DNA from: Candidatus Aminicenantes bacterium
GTDB taxonomy: Bacteria > Acidobacteriota > Aminicenantia > Aminicenantales > JAFGBC01
Direction of reading: 5' to 3'
NCBI GenBank assembly: GCA_963702005.1
Contig: OY969696.1
Coordinates: 3,904,001 to 3,968,000 of the forward strand
Length of the DNA: 64,000 nt
Below, in pieces: positions 1-8,817 of this stretch. The notes beneath the pieces are model-generated. The model ran no database searches. It was not told where the DNA came from and worked only from the letters and a program-made list of their open reading frames with translations. Numbering within the stretch: position 1 is the first letter of the stretch; each line of letters opens with the position of its first letter. Position numbers and translations under genes: made by a program.

Positions 1-268
1 TCGCGCCCGCCAGCGCCGGGAAGACGCGGAGGCCGAGGAGCGAATCTCCGAAGAGCATCCTCGACACCCGGGCGACGAGCGGCGTAAAGGGCGGGTGGTC
101 GACAAAACCGAAGGCGAGACGCTCGCCGCAGATGATATTGTAGAGCTCGTCGCGGAAATAGCCGTAACGGCCGCTAAAAACCATGTGGACGATGAACTTG
201 GCCGACCCCAAATAGAGGAGGACGGCCGTCGAACCCAGGAGCCCCGCCCGGGAAAAGATCTTTCTCAC
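1..268 (-). CDS. GT39/ArnT-like (PMT_2) membrane glycosyltransferase, N-terminal part; runs off the window
   Basis: Own translation from GTG at 268 (SD GAGGAGG): MRKIFSRAG...YGYFRDELYNIICGERLAFGFVDHPPFTP...GDSLLGLR; the DE and DHPP motifs are typical of this family. Confidence 0.8.
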   Translation of the reverse strand, partial: MRKIFSRAGLLGSTAVLLYLGSAKFIVHMVFSGRYGYFRDELYNIICGERLAFGFVDHPPFTPLVARVSRMLFGDSLLGLRVFPALAGA

Positions 269-341
269 TCTGCCCTCCTCTCGCATCATATAATGCTAGG
301 GCGGCCCGAATCAAATCATCCATGCCTTCCCCTCAGCCGCG

Positions 342-370
342 TTGACATCCCGGCCGCGGGCCATTACGAT
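342..370 (+). promoter_or_regulatory. sigma70-type promoter for the GH31 gene
   Basis: TTGACA-17 bp-TACGAT, ending 8 nt before the ATG at 379. Confidence 0.55.
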
Positions 371-378
371 TGTTGCCG

Positions 379-2880
379 ATGAGTTTATTCGATCGGGTGA
401 TCGAGGTCGAGGGACGCGAGCTCGGTGACGGCCGCATCCTCATCCTCCGCGTCCGGACTCAATCCGGGAAGGGCGCGCGCCTCTCCTTTCGGGCGCTGAC
501 TCCGGAGATCTGGCGCTATGATTTCGAGCCGCCCTCCCCCGCGGAATCCGGAGCCGCGGATTCCGGTCTCCAGCCGTCGGCGATACCCTCGGTCCTCGAT
601 TGGGACGCGGCCCCGCTCCCTCTCGAAATCTCCGATGACGGAGCCACCCTGACGGCCGCAATCGCGAAACCCGGCCCGGCGGCGGGTTCGAGCCGGCCGG
701 TCCCCTTCTCCTTGTCGCTCGAAGTCCGGCGCCGGCCGTTCGCCATGCGCTTCCTGGACGGAAACGGCCGTCCTCTTCTCGCCGAAAACCCCGGCGACGT
801 GGACGGACTGGGCCGCCCCTTCGTCCTCCCGCTCGGCTTCGCCCCCGCCGAGGGCCGCATCGATTTTATATCCCAATCCTTCCGCCTCGCCCCCGACGAG
901 CATGTCTTCGGCCTGGGCGAAAAATTCACTCGGCTCGATAAAACCGGGCAGCGGCTCGTATTCTGGAACGTCGACGCCCTCGGCTCGACGAGCGAGCGGA
1001 GCCACAAGAACATCCCCTTTCTATGGACGACGCGCGGCTACGGATTCTTCATCGCGAGCGGCGGCCGGGCGACCTGGGAGATCGGCACCCAGTCGACCCA
1101 GTCCTGGACGCTTCGTCTCGAGGACGACGTCCTGCGCGCCTACGTCATCTACGGCCCCGAGCCTCGCCGTATCCTCGATCGCTACACGGCTCTGACCGGA
1201 CGCCCTCCGGTCCCCCCTAAATGGAGCTTCGGGCTGTGGCTCTCTTCGGGCGGGACTTACCGCGACCAGGACGCCATGGAAAAGCTTCTCGACGGGATCG
1301 AGTCCGAAGCCCTCCCGGCGTCGGTCGTCCATATCGATCCCTGGTGGCTTCGTTGGCGCAAGTATTGCGACTTCGAGATCGACGCTAAGGCCTTCCCCCG
1401 CTTCCGCGCGCTCATCGACCGGGTCCACGGGCTGGGGCTCAGGCTCTGCCTCTGGGAGCATCCCTATCTCTCGATCGAAAGCGAGATCTTCCCCATCGCC
1501 CGCGAAAAAGGCTACCTCATCAAACGCCGCGACGGAGAGGTCTATGTCGTCGATTATGGCCTATCCCTGGCGCCCCGCCCGGACGGCGTCGTGCGGGCGG
1601 CCGGACGCGGCGAATCCTGGAACGCGCCGGTCGCGATCATCGACCTCACCAACGCGGAGGCGGTCGCCTGGTTCAAGGACCTTCACCGGCCCCTCCTCCG
1701 CATGGGCGCGGATGTTTTTAAAACCGACTTCGGCGAGGACGTCCCCGAGGACGCCGTGTTCGCCGGCGGCGCGACGGGCCGGACCATGCACAACCTCTAC
1801 CCTCTTCTCTACAACCGGGCCGTGTTCGAGGTCACGGAGGAGGAGCGCGGCCGAGGGAGCGGTATCGTCTGGGGGCGGTCGGGCGCGGCCGGGAGCCAGC
1901 GCTATCCCGTCTGCTGGTCGGGCGATCCGGCCGCCGACTTCGAGAGTCTGGCCGCGACCATTCGGGGCGGCCTCTCGGCCGGGCTGTCCGGAATCCCGTT
2001 CTGGAGCTCCGACATCGGCGGATACCGGGGCCGGCCGGATCCGGAGCTCTATATCCGCTGGGCCCAGTTCGGCCTTTTTTCGTCCCACAGCCGGATGCAC
2101 GGCGACGGCCCGCGCGAGCCCTGGGCGTTCGGCCACGAAGCCGAGCGGATTGTCAAGGCCTGCGCCGAATTCCGCTTCCGGCTTTTTCCTTACATCTACA
2201 GCGCCGCGCATGAAGCGGCCCTGACGGGAGCGCCCGTCATCCGGGCCCTGCCGTTCGCCTTTCCCGACGATCCGCTATCGGCGGCGGCCGCGGCGCCGGC
2301 CGACCTCGAGTACATGTTCGGGCCGTCGCTCCTCGTCGCGCCCGTCTACGAGCGGGGCGGCAGCCGCACGGTCTATCTCCCGCCCGGGAATTGGATCGAC
2401 TACCGGACGCGGAAGAAATTCAAGGGCCCGGTCACCCTAAGGATGAGCGTTCCCATCGAGACGATCCCGCTCTTCGTTCGCGCGGGCGCGATTATCCCGA
2501 TGATCGGGGCGAAGAAGCCGGTCCTCCGCATCCCTGAGGGCCGGATCGATCCGCTCGGCCTCGAAATCCACCCGTACAAAACCTCCGAATCCGTCCTTTA
2601 CGAGGACGAAGGGCCGACCTTGTTTCGCTGCGAAGGCCGCGGCCCGAGAATCGTCCTGACCTGGAACGGCCCGATCCGCAGGCGTTGGGTCCTTCGCTTC
2701 CACGAAATCCAGAGGCCGGAACGGATCCGCCTCGAGACCGCGCCCCGCCTTCCCGTGAACCGCCATCGCTCGAAAAGTTATGAGAACCGCGATTTAACGC
2801 TCGGGCTCCCCTCTGTCCGCTCTGGCCGCGTCGAGCTCCTCTACCCCTTCAAGAAAGGACAGGGAGGCCGTAAAAGATGA
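379..2880 (+). CDS. Glycoside hydrolase family 31 (alpha-xylosidase YicI-like)
   Basis: FGLGEKF, KNIPF, FKTDFGE nucleophile motif, WSGD, WSSDIGG, HSRMHG. ATG 379 preferred over the TTG at 370. Confidence 0.9.
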   Translation: MSLFDRVIEVEGRELGDGRILILRVRTQSGKGARLSFRALTPEIWRYDFEPPSPAESGAADSGLQPSAIPSVLDWDAAPLPLEISDDGATLTAAIAKPGPAAGSSRPVPFSLSLEVRRRPFAMRFLDGNGRPLLAENPGDVDGLGRPFVLPLGFAPAEGRIDFISQSFRLAPDEHVFGLGEKFTRLDKTGQRLVFWNVDALGSTSERSHKNIPFLWTTRGYGFFIASGGRATWEIGTQSTQSWTLRLEDDVLRAYVIYGPEPRRILDRYTALTGRPPVPPKWSFGLWLSSGGTYRDQDAMEKLLDGIESEALPASVVHIDPWWLRWRKYCDFEIDAKAFPRFRALIDRVHGLGLRLCLWEHPYLSIESEIFPIAREKGYLIKRRDGEVYVVDYGLSLAPRPDGVVRAAGRGESWNAPVAIIDLTNAEAVAWFKDLHRPLLRMGADVFKTDFGEDVPEDAVFAGGATGRTMHNLYPLLYNRAVFEVTEEERGRGSGIVWGRSGAAGSQRYPVCWSGDPAADFESLAATIRGGLSAGLSGIPFWSSDIGGYRGRPDPELYIRWAQFGLFSSHSRMHGDGPREPWAFGHEAERIVKACAEFRFRLFPYIYSAAHEAALTGAPVIRALPFAFPDDPLSAAAAAPADLEYMFGPSLLVAPVYERGGSRTVYLPPGNWIDYRTRKKFKGPVTLRMSVPIETIPLFVRAGAIIPMIGAKKPVLRIPEGRIDPLGLEIHPYKTSESVLYEDEGPTLFRCEGRGPRIVLTWNGPIRRRWVLRFHEIQRPERIRLETAPRLPVNRHRSKSYENRDLTLGLPSVRSGRVELLYPFKKGQGGRKR

Positions 2881-4145
2881 TTTTCAGAATGGACACCGCC
2901 TTCCGCAATCCGATCCCGGCGATTCGAATGACACCACGCAGCTTTTTTGTTCTTGTCCTTATGACGGCCGTAATGTTTTCAGCCGCGTGCCGGGGCTCAT
3001 CGCCGGAACCAAAAGCCATCGTCTCCGCCGACGACATCGCCTGGCTCGAGACCGAGGCAAGACGCCAACTCGCCGGATGTCTGATCACGGCCCGCGACGG
3101 GACGCCCCTCTACACGCCGGACGGCCAGGGCCATTACGCCGCACTCTGGACGAGGGATTTCGCCTACATGGTCGAGAACACCTTCGACCTCATCCCGCGC
3201 GAGAATGTCCGCCGGGGCATCCTCTATCTCCTCGCCGGGCAGAGGGAGGACGGCTGCGTCCCCGACCGCGTCCAGGCCGACGGGCTGGCCGTTTACAGCG
3301 CGGGCTCGGTCGACCAGCCGTTGGGCGACCCGCCAACGGACAACTCGCAGTTCATGGTCAAGCTCGTGGCCGACTTCGTCCAAGGAACGGGCGACATGGA
3401 CCTCTTCCGGACGGTCGCGGACAAACTCGTCAAGGCCATGGGTTATACGCCGAGGAGCACCCGCGGACTCGTCTCGATCGACCCCGCCCGGCCTCATTCC
3501 CCTTACGGCTTTACGGACACGATCGCCAAGACCGGGGAGCTCCTTTTCTCATCCCTGCTCTACTGGGAGGCGAGCCGCCGCCTTGTTGAGCTGTTTGCGG
3601 AGAACGGAGACGCAGCGCGGTCCGCAGAATTCGATGTTCGGGCCGGCGGGATCGAGAGGGGCCTGGACGCATTATGGGACGAGAAGGCCGGAATGTTCCT
3701 GGCCGCCACGATCGACTGCCGGCAGGTCGATATCTGGGGCAATGCCTATGCCGTCTACGCGGGATTCCCGCTCGGCTCGAAAAAAGGGCGGATCCAGGAT
3801 TATCTCGCTCAAGCATACGGCCGCTTCATCTATCGCGGCCAGGTCCGACATCTTCCTGCGCCCGAGCACTGGGAGCGGACTCTCGTCCCGGTCATGCCCG
3901 GGACCTACCAGAACGGCGCTTACTGGGGCACGGCCTCGGGCTGGGTCGCTTTCGCTATGAGAGAGAAAAGGCCCGATCTGGCCGCGCGGCTCGTCCAGGC
4001 TCTCCTCTCGGACTACCGGCGCCGGGGCGTCCATGAATGCGTCAACGTCGGGTACGAAAAGCTCAGGGATTACGTCGTAAGCGTCGTCAACCCCCTGGGC
4101 GCGCTGCGGCGGATTAAATCCGAACTGACCCGGCAGGCTTCCTAA
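2877..4145 (+). CDS. Secreted/lipoprotein (alpha/alpha)6 glycoside hydrolase-like protein (rhamnosidase/glucoamylase clan)
   Basis: Signal-like N-terminus ending FSAAC (start may be 2928); YAALWTRDF, YGFTD and YQNGAYWG motifs. Confidence 0.65.
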   Translation: MIFRMDTAFRNPIPAIRMTPRSFFVLVLMTAVMFSAACRGSSPEPKAIVSADDIAWLETEARRQLAGCLITARDGTPLYTPDGQGHYAALWTRDFAYMVENTFDLIPRENVRRGILYLLAGQREDGCVPDRVQADGLAVYSAGSVDQPLGDPPTDNSQFMVKLVADFVQGTGDMDLFRTVADKLVKAMGYTPRSTRGLVSIDPARPHSPYGFTDTIAKTGELLFSSLLYWEASRRLVELFAENGDAARSAEFDVRAGGIERGLDALWDEKAGMFLAATIDCRQVDIWGNAYAVYAGFPLGSKKGRIQDYLAQAYGRFIYRGQVRHLPAPEHWERTLVPVMPGTYQNGAYWGTASGWVAFAMREKRPDLAARLVQALLSDYRRRGVHECVNVGYEKLRDYVVSVVNPLGALRRIKSELTRQAS

Positions 4146-4911
4146 GGACGGCGCCCGCGCGGAAATCCCCCTCGGGGAATTGAAGCTTCACGACCTCGAA
4201 CCCGCCCGCGGCGAATTCCGCCTCGAGCGCTTCCCGCGACGAAAAGAAGTGCTGGAATTCGACATTCTCCCAAAGCTCATCCCCATCCTCATAGCCGAGG
4301 CAGCCTAAGGTCGCGGCGGCCACAAGTTTCTTGATCAACTCCGCTTCGGGGCGCAGCCGGAGCGGGGATTTCCACGAGAGCTGGCAGGCGAAATAGCCCC
4401 CCGGCTTCAGGATCCCGCGGAAGCGATCAAGCATCGCCACCCGCCTTGATCGGGTCGGGACGCTCGAGTACATGGAAGCCGAGAGGAAGATGAGGTCGAA
4501 CGACTCGGCCGGAAAATCGAGCCGGCTGATCTCCTGGACGACGCCGGTCAGGGCCAATCCGCGTTGCCGGGCGTTCGCCGCGGCCTTGTCCGTCATGGAC
4601 TTGATGAAATCGACCCCGGTGACCCGGTGCCCCGCTTGGGCAAAGGGGATGGCATCGCGGCCTCCGCCCACGCCCAAGACGAGGACGTCCGCCGCGCGGA
4701 GCGGGATACCCCGGATCAGATCCTCTTCCTCGGGCGTCCACCCGCCGTCAATGAGAGCCGTCTTCGCCCAGCCCTCTATGGAGTCGGGCTGCGCATAGCT
4801 CAAACGGCCGAACTCGACGCAGTCGTCCGGCTTCATGACCATGAGAGCCAGGGACTGGAGGAGGCGCCCCAACCGGATCATCCCCTTCGCCAGAAAAACC
4901 CTTGGGGTCAT
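4114..4911 (-). CDS. Class I SAM-dependent methyltransferase
   Basis: VLVLGVGGGR motif I, VTGVD, FDLI, LKPGG. Confidence 0.85.
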   Translation of the reverse strand: MTPRVFLAKGMIRLGRLLQSLALMVMKPDDCVEFGRLSYAQPDSIEGWAKTALIDGGWTPEEEDLIRGIPLRAADVLVLGVGGGRDAIPFAQAGHRVTGVDFIKSMTDKAAANARQRGLALTGVVQEISRLDFPAESFDLIFLSASMYSSVPTRSRRVAMLDRFRGILKPGGYFACQLSWKSPLRLRPEAELIKKLVAAATLGCLGYEDGDELWENVEFQHFFSSREALEAEFAAGGFEVVKLQFPEGDFRAGAVLRKPAGSVRI

Positions 4912-5252
4912 CCGCGCTCAACCTCACGACCGGAAAGCGAAAGCGCATCACCGCCGGCACGGATGAGACTCGGATCAACCCTTTTTGGCCTCAACGAGAA
5001 CAAGTCCCTTTAAAGCCCGTCGGCCGTTGATCGACTCAGGCTTCGCCCCCCGTTGTCTTGGGCATCCTTTCCTTCTCGGCGCAATAAATATGGATGATAG
5101 CCCTTGACTTGTCAAGAATTGTCTTTTTATCATCCTTGTGCTACCTTGATCTCACATTGAAGGAGAATCCGGCGGGAAAACGTGCCATTCTCATCGGCTT
5201 CGTCATGGGGTTGATCGCCGAGTGAATTTTAAGAAGTTAAAAGGAGGGAGTC

Positions 5253-6248
5253 ATGAAAAAATCCGTTGGTATCGCGATTTTGATGGCGGGCGTTCTATGC
5301 GGCGGCCTGATCCTCGCCTTCGGAGGAGCGCGATCATCGTCCACGATCCCCCAGAAATCCGCAGCTGCGGCTGACCCCAACCTCACCATGCCAGTCAAGC
5401 TGGACTCGCTGGACATTACGCCCCTGACGCTCCAGAACAATCGGATTAACACCCTCAAGCTGACTTTCCAATTCGAGAATTTCTCCAATAACCTTCTGGG
5501 GGGCAAGCTCAACCTCAAGCTCCAATACGGAGGCAGCTCCATCGGCGGCGGCCCGAGCCGGGCCGGAGCCGCGATCGTTCCTCCGCTAATCATCTGGCCG
5601 ACGGCCTGGACTTATCCTTTGACCCAAGCCGTTTTTAAGAACGCGAAGGGGAGCTATTCGCTTAACTTCGATTTCCTGGGCGAAACCTGGACCTGGGCCA
5701 AGATCACGGCGACGCTGGTGGACCGGAACGGCTACCCAAGCAACACCCGCCAAATCACGCTCCACAGATCTACGGCCGTCATCGGCCCGAAGCAGGGGAA
5801 TCAGCTCAACGACCTAGCCTACACCTTCGCTCTCCTCAACCAGGCCCGGAAGCCGATCAAGCTCTCCTCCTACCTCGGCAAGGTCGTCCTCATCGAATTC
5901 TCGTACTGGAATTGCGGAGCCTGTCAGCAGGAGGCAAGCCACCTCGAAGCGCTCTATCAGAATTACAAGAGCCAAGGCTTTCGGGCTTTGACCGTCATGA
6001 TCAAGAACAGCATGGACCAGCCGATGCTGCCCGAAGATTGCCTGAAGTGGGCCCAGCTCTACCTCCTGACGACCGCCGTCCTGGCCGATCTATTCTGCGG
6101 AGTCTGGGACGCCTATCTCAGGGACGCCCACGGCTACAGCGCCCCCCAGAATATCCTCATCGACCGGACGGGAAAAATCCGCTGGTATCGCCTCGGCTAC
6201 GCGCCCGGCCCGATGGAGGCCAAAATCCAGCAGCTCCTGGCCGAGTAA
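5253..6248 (+). CDS. Exported TlpA/redoxin-family protein with an unknown N-terminal domain
   Basis: Signal peptide; C-terminal thioredoxin fold with CGAC, GKVVLI and PQNILIDRTGKIR; SD AGGAGG. Confidence 0.8.
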   Translation: MKKSVGIAILMAGVLCGGLILAFGGARSSSTIPQKSAAAADPNLTMPVKLDSLDITPLTLQNNRINTLKLTFQFENFSNNLLGGKLNLKLQYGGSSIGGGPSRAGAAIVPPLIIWPTAWTYPLTQAVFKNAKGSYSLNFDFLGETWTWAKITATLVDRNGYPSNTRQITLHRSTAVIGPKQGNQLNDLAYTFALLNQARKPIKLSSYLGKVVLIEFSYWNCGACQQEASHLEALYQNYKSQGFRALTVMIKNSMDQPMLPEDCLKWAQLYLLTTAVLADLFCGVWDAYLRDAHGYSAPQNILIDRTGKIRWYRLGYAPGPMEAKIQQLLAE

Positions 6249-6467
6249 AACCCTCGACACTCATGGAAGCCATAAGTGCTGCAAGGCTGCTCCCCGGCCT
6301 GAAGGCCGGGGTTTGGTCAGGGTTAACCCTGAGCCTACTCAGCCCCATCTCCTCTAAAGGGGCTGAGTACAAAAGTGTCGCTTCTCATCCCCGCCCCGAA
6401 GTGCACTCAAGAGCCGCTTCCGGCGAGTGAGTGTTGAAAGGCGGGCTTCGCGTCGGCGAACGGGTGA
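6246..6467. mobile_element. Palindromic MITE/PATE-like element, copy 1, with three nested hairpin modules
   Basis: Shares CCCCGGC-TGAA-GCCGGGG, GGTTAACCCTGAGCCT, CCCCGC..GGCGGG and GTCGGCGAACGGGT with the copies at 10061, 31157 and 45386. Confidence 0.8.
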
Positions 6468-6479
6468 GCGAAGCCGCTC

Positions 6480-7496
6480 TCAGGCCGCGCGGGCTGCCTC
6501 GGCCATGGCCGCGACGTTGCGGGGCGGCACGTTGGGCAAAAGCGCCTCGTGGCTGGGGCTGATGATGATGTGGGGCCCCAGCAGCTGTCTGACGCGCCGG
6601 ACTTCCGCCCGGACATCCTCCGGCGCCCCGTGAACGAGCAGCTCCTGGGTGTCGATCCCTCCCAGAAACGCGATCCGGCCTTTGAACTCGCGGGCTAACG
6701 TCTCTGCGCCCATGCCGCGGGCACGCGCCTGCAGAGGGTGGAGGCAGTCGACGCCGGCTTCGACGAGCCGGCCGATGACGCGATAAATCGAGCCGCAGGA
6801 ATGGAGGAGGACCTGGTAGCCCCTTGCCTTGGCCTGGCCGATGAGCCGTCTCATCCAAGGCAGGACGAACTCGTCGAAATGGGCGGGGCTGAGCATGAGG
6901 TCGAGCTGGCTCCCGAAATCGTTCCCGAAGAAGAAGCCGTCGACGAGCATCCCGGCCTCGTCGTAGAACCGGTCATTGGCCCTCAGATAAAAATCGCAGA
7001 CGCGTCCGGTCGCGGCCTTGACGACCCCGGGATGGGTCACCATCTTGACCATGTAATTTTCCATCCCGAACAGGTCACAGACGTCGTGGAAGAAGGGCGA
7101 CCAGAATCCGCTCGCCCGGTAGAAGTCCCCGGCTCCCCGGAGCGCCGCGAGAGCCTCGGCAAAATCCGTCTCATCCGGGTCCGGCCATTCGATCGCCGCG
7201 ACGTCCTCGGGGCGCTCGGTCTCCGCCAGCGGTCCGGCCTGGCCGTGGCTCTTTCTCGTTTTAGCGATGCCGAGGAATCCCGGCCGAGACACATTCCTGA
7301 AGGTCGACTCAAACAGCGAAGGCGAAAGCCAGCGGAAGTCGTCCCCGAGCTTGAGGCGGAGATCCTCCTCGTTTTTCGTCCCGAAATAGGCATGGAAGAG
7401 AGGCCATGTGTCGGGGTGCGGGTTCCCGAGCCAGAAGCCGCAGCGCGGCGTTTCGCGGCGGCCGACAATGGCCCTGACGATATCGCGGCTGGTCAT
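6480..7496 (-). CDS. Uroporphyrinogen decarboxylase / MtaA-CmuA methyltransferase family protein
   Basis: Likely start MTSRD at 7496; GNDFGSQ, HSCG, LHPLQ, GGIDTQ, VPPRN. Confidence 0.85.
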   Translation of the reverse strand: MTSRDIVRAIVGRRETPRCGFWLGNPHPDTWPLFHAYFGTKNEEDLRLKLGDDFRWLSPSLFESTFRNVSRPGFLGIAKTRKSHGQAGPLAETERPEDVAAIEWPDPDETDFAEALAALRGAGDFYRASGFWSPFFHDVCDLFGMENYMVKMVTHPGVVKAATGRVCDFYLRANDRFYDEAGMLVDGFFFGNDFGSQLDLMLSPAHFDEFVLPWMRRLIGQAKARGYQVLLHSCGSIYRVIGRLVEAGVDCLHPLQARARGMGAETLAREFKGRIAFLGGIDTQELLVHGAPEDVRAEVRRVRQLLGPHIIISPSHEALLPNVPPRNVAAMAEAARAA

Positions 7497-7627
7497 TCGT
7501 GTAGGAATCCTTTTTTTTATTTTATCATGCCGGCTAAATTCCCCAAAACGACTGTAGCGGCGATGGGTGGGATTGTTTAAGGTGAGACGCTGTGCTATCT
7601 TCATTTTGATCGAAATGGAGGGAAGCC

Positions 7628-8644
7628 ATGAAAGCTCATAGATTTGCCCTCTTTCCGCTTCTGTTCTTGACGGCGGGAGCGGTTCTATCCGGAGCCGTTC
7701 GACAAGGCGTGCCTTCCGGCATCGACAAAAGCTCGGACTACCCCGAAATCACGTCCTGCAGCATCACGCCCGCGACGCTCAAGAACAACCGGATCAACTT
7801 CATCCGGTTCCAGCTCAAGTTCAAGGACGACGGGAAAAATCTTTACGGCGGCATTATGTGCATCAACTTCCAATTCATTCCCGACCCCGGGCAAATGGTT
7901 TCACCTCCCGGCTTCGAGCATCCGCTGCCGGCAGTCCGTGGCGGCGGTCCTGTTCGCGCCCAACCGACTCCGGACGGAGGTTGGACCGCGTACTACAACT
8001 ATCCGCTGAGGGAGGCGGCCTTCAAAAACGCCACGGGGGAATTCATTCTCTATTTCAGCCTTCTCGCCGAGAAGTACAAGCAGGTCAAGATTTCCCCTTG
8101 GTTGAGCGACGCCAAGTACAACCATTCCAACCAGATCGAGATCGAGCTGGTCCGCTCCACGCAGTCGAGCGGGCCGAAACAGGGCTATAAGGTCGGCCAA
8201 CTCGCCTACGACTTCACCCTGCTTGACAAGTCCGGAAACCGAAAGACGCTTTCGAACTATCTCGGCAAGGTTGTCCTCCTGGACTTATGCACGATGTGGT
8301 GCGGTCCCTGCCGTGAGGAGACATCTCATCTCCAGTCCCTTTACATGAGATACAAAGCCGAGGGGCTTATCATCCTGAACGGCCTCTGTGAAAACTATGC
8401 CGCGGAGCCCATCCGGCTCTCGGACTTGGCCGTATGGGCAAAGACTTACCACACGTCCTTCCCCGTCCTGGCAGATCTATTCTACGGCGTTTACAATCCA
8501 TACACCGCCTTCCCGAGCAGCAAGAGCTATCCCCTCAACATCCTCGTCGACCGGACGGGAAAGATCCGCTGGAAGAAGTACGGGTTCTCAGCCGATATTC
8601 TTACCGAAATGGAGGCCAAGATCCAGCAGCTCCTGGCCGAATAG
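7628..8644 (+). CDS. Exported TlpA/redoxin-family protein (paralog of 5253..6248)
   Basis: Signal peptide, WCGPC; shares LxNNRIN, GPKQG and the identical end MEAKIQQLLAE. Confidence 0.8.
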   Translation: MKAHRFALFPLLFLTAGAVLSGAVRQGVPSGIDKSSDYPEITSCSITPATLKNNRINFIRFQLKFKDDGKNLYGGIMCINFQFIPDPGQMVSPPGFEHPLPAVRGGGPVRAQPTPDGGWTAYYNYPLREAAFKNATGEFILYFSLLAEKYKQVKISPWLSDAKYNHSNQIEIELVRSTQSSGPKQGYKVGQLAYDFTLLDKSGNRKTLSNYLGKVVLLDLCTMWCGPCREETSHLQSLYMRYKAEGLIILNGLCENYAAEPIRLSDLAVWAKTYHTSFPVLADLFYGVYNPYTAFPSSKSYPLNILVDRTGKIRWKKYGFSADILTEMEAKIQQLLAE

Positions 8645-8652
8645 CCGGCGCC

Positions 8653-8808
8653 GGGGTCAAACCCGCACCCTTACTTATTTCCACAGCCCGGAATCCGAAA
8701 GCCCGCGGCGTCGGAAAAGAACCATGTATATCATCGGGAGCGGGCCCTCCCCTTTTTCGACTGAATCAGGCGTGATGGTAAAAAGTGACAAAGTGTAGGT
8801 TTGACCCC
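8653..8808. repeat. Segment bounded by GGGGTCAAACC inverted repeats (REP-like family 2)
   Basis: GGGGTCAAACCCGCAC (8653) and GTGTAGGTTTGACCCC (ending 8808); 8780-8807 is the exact reverse complement of 59340-59367. Confidence 0.65.
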
Positions 8809-8817
8809 GCGCGACGG

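Noticed and set aside
95-382. 95-aa plus-strand ORF
   Set aside because: The real gene is the minus-strand GT39-like CDS, which has clear motifs and an SD
6246-6467. Hairpin clusters as a CRISPR array or tRNA
   Set aside because: No regularly spaced identical repeats with unique spacers, no cas genes and no cloverleaf
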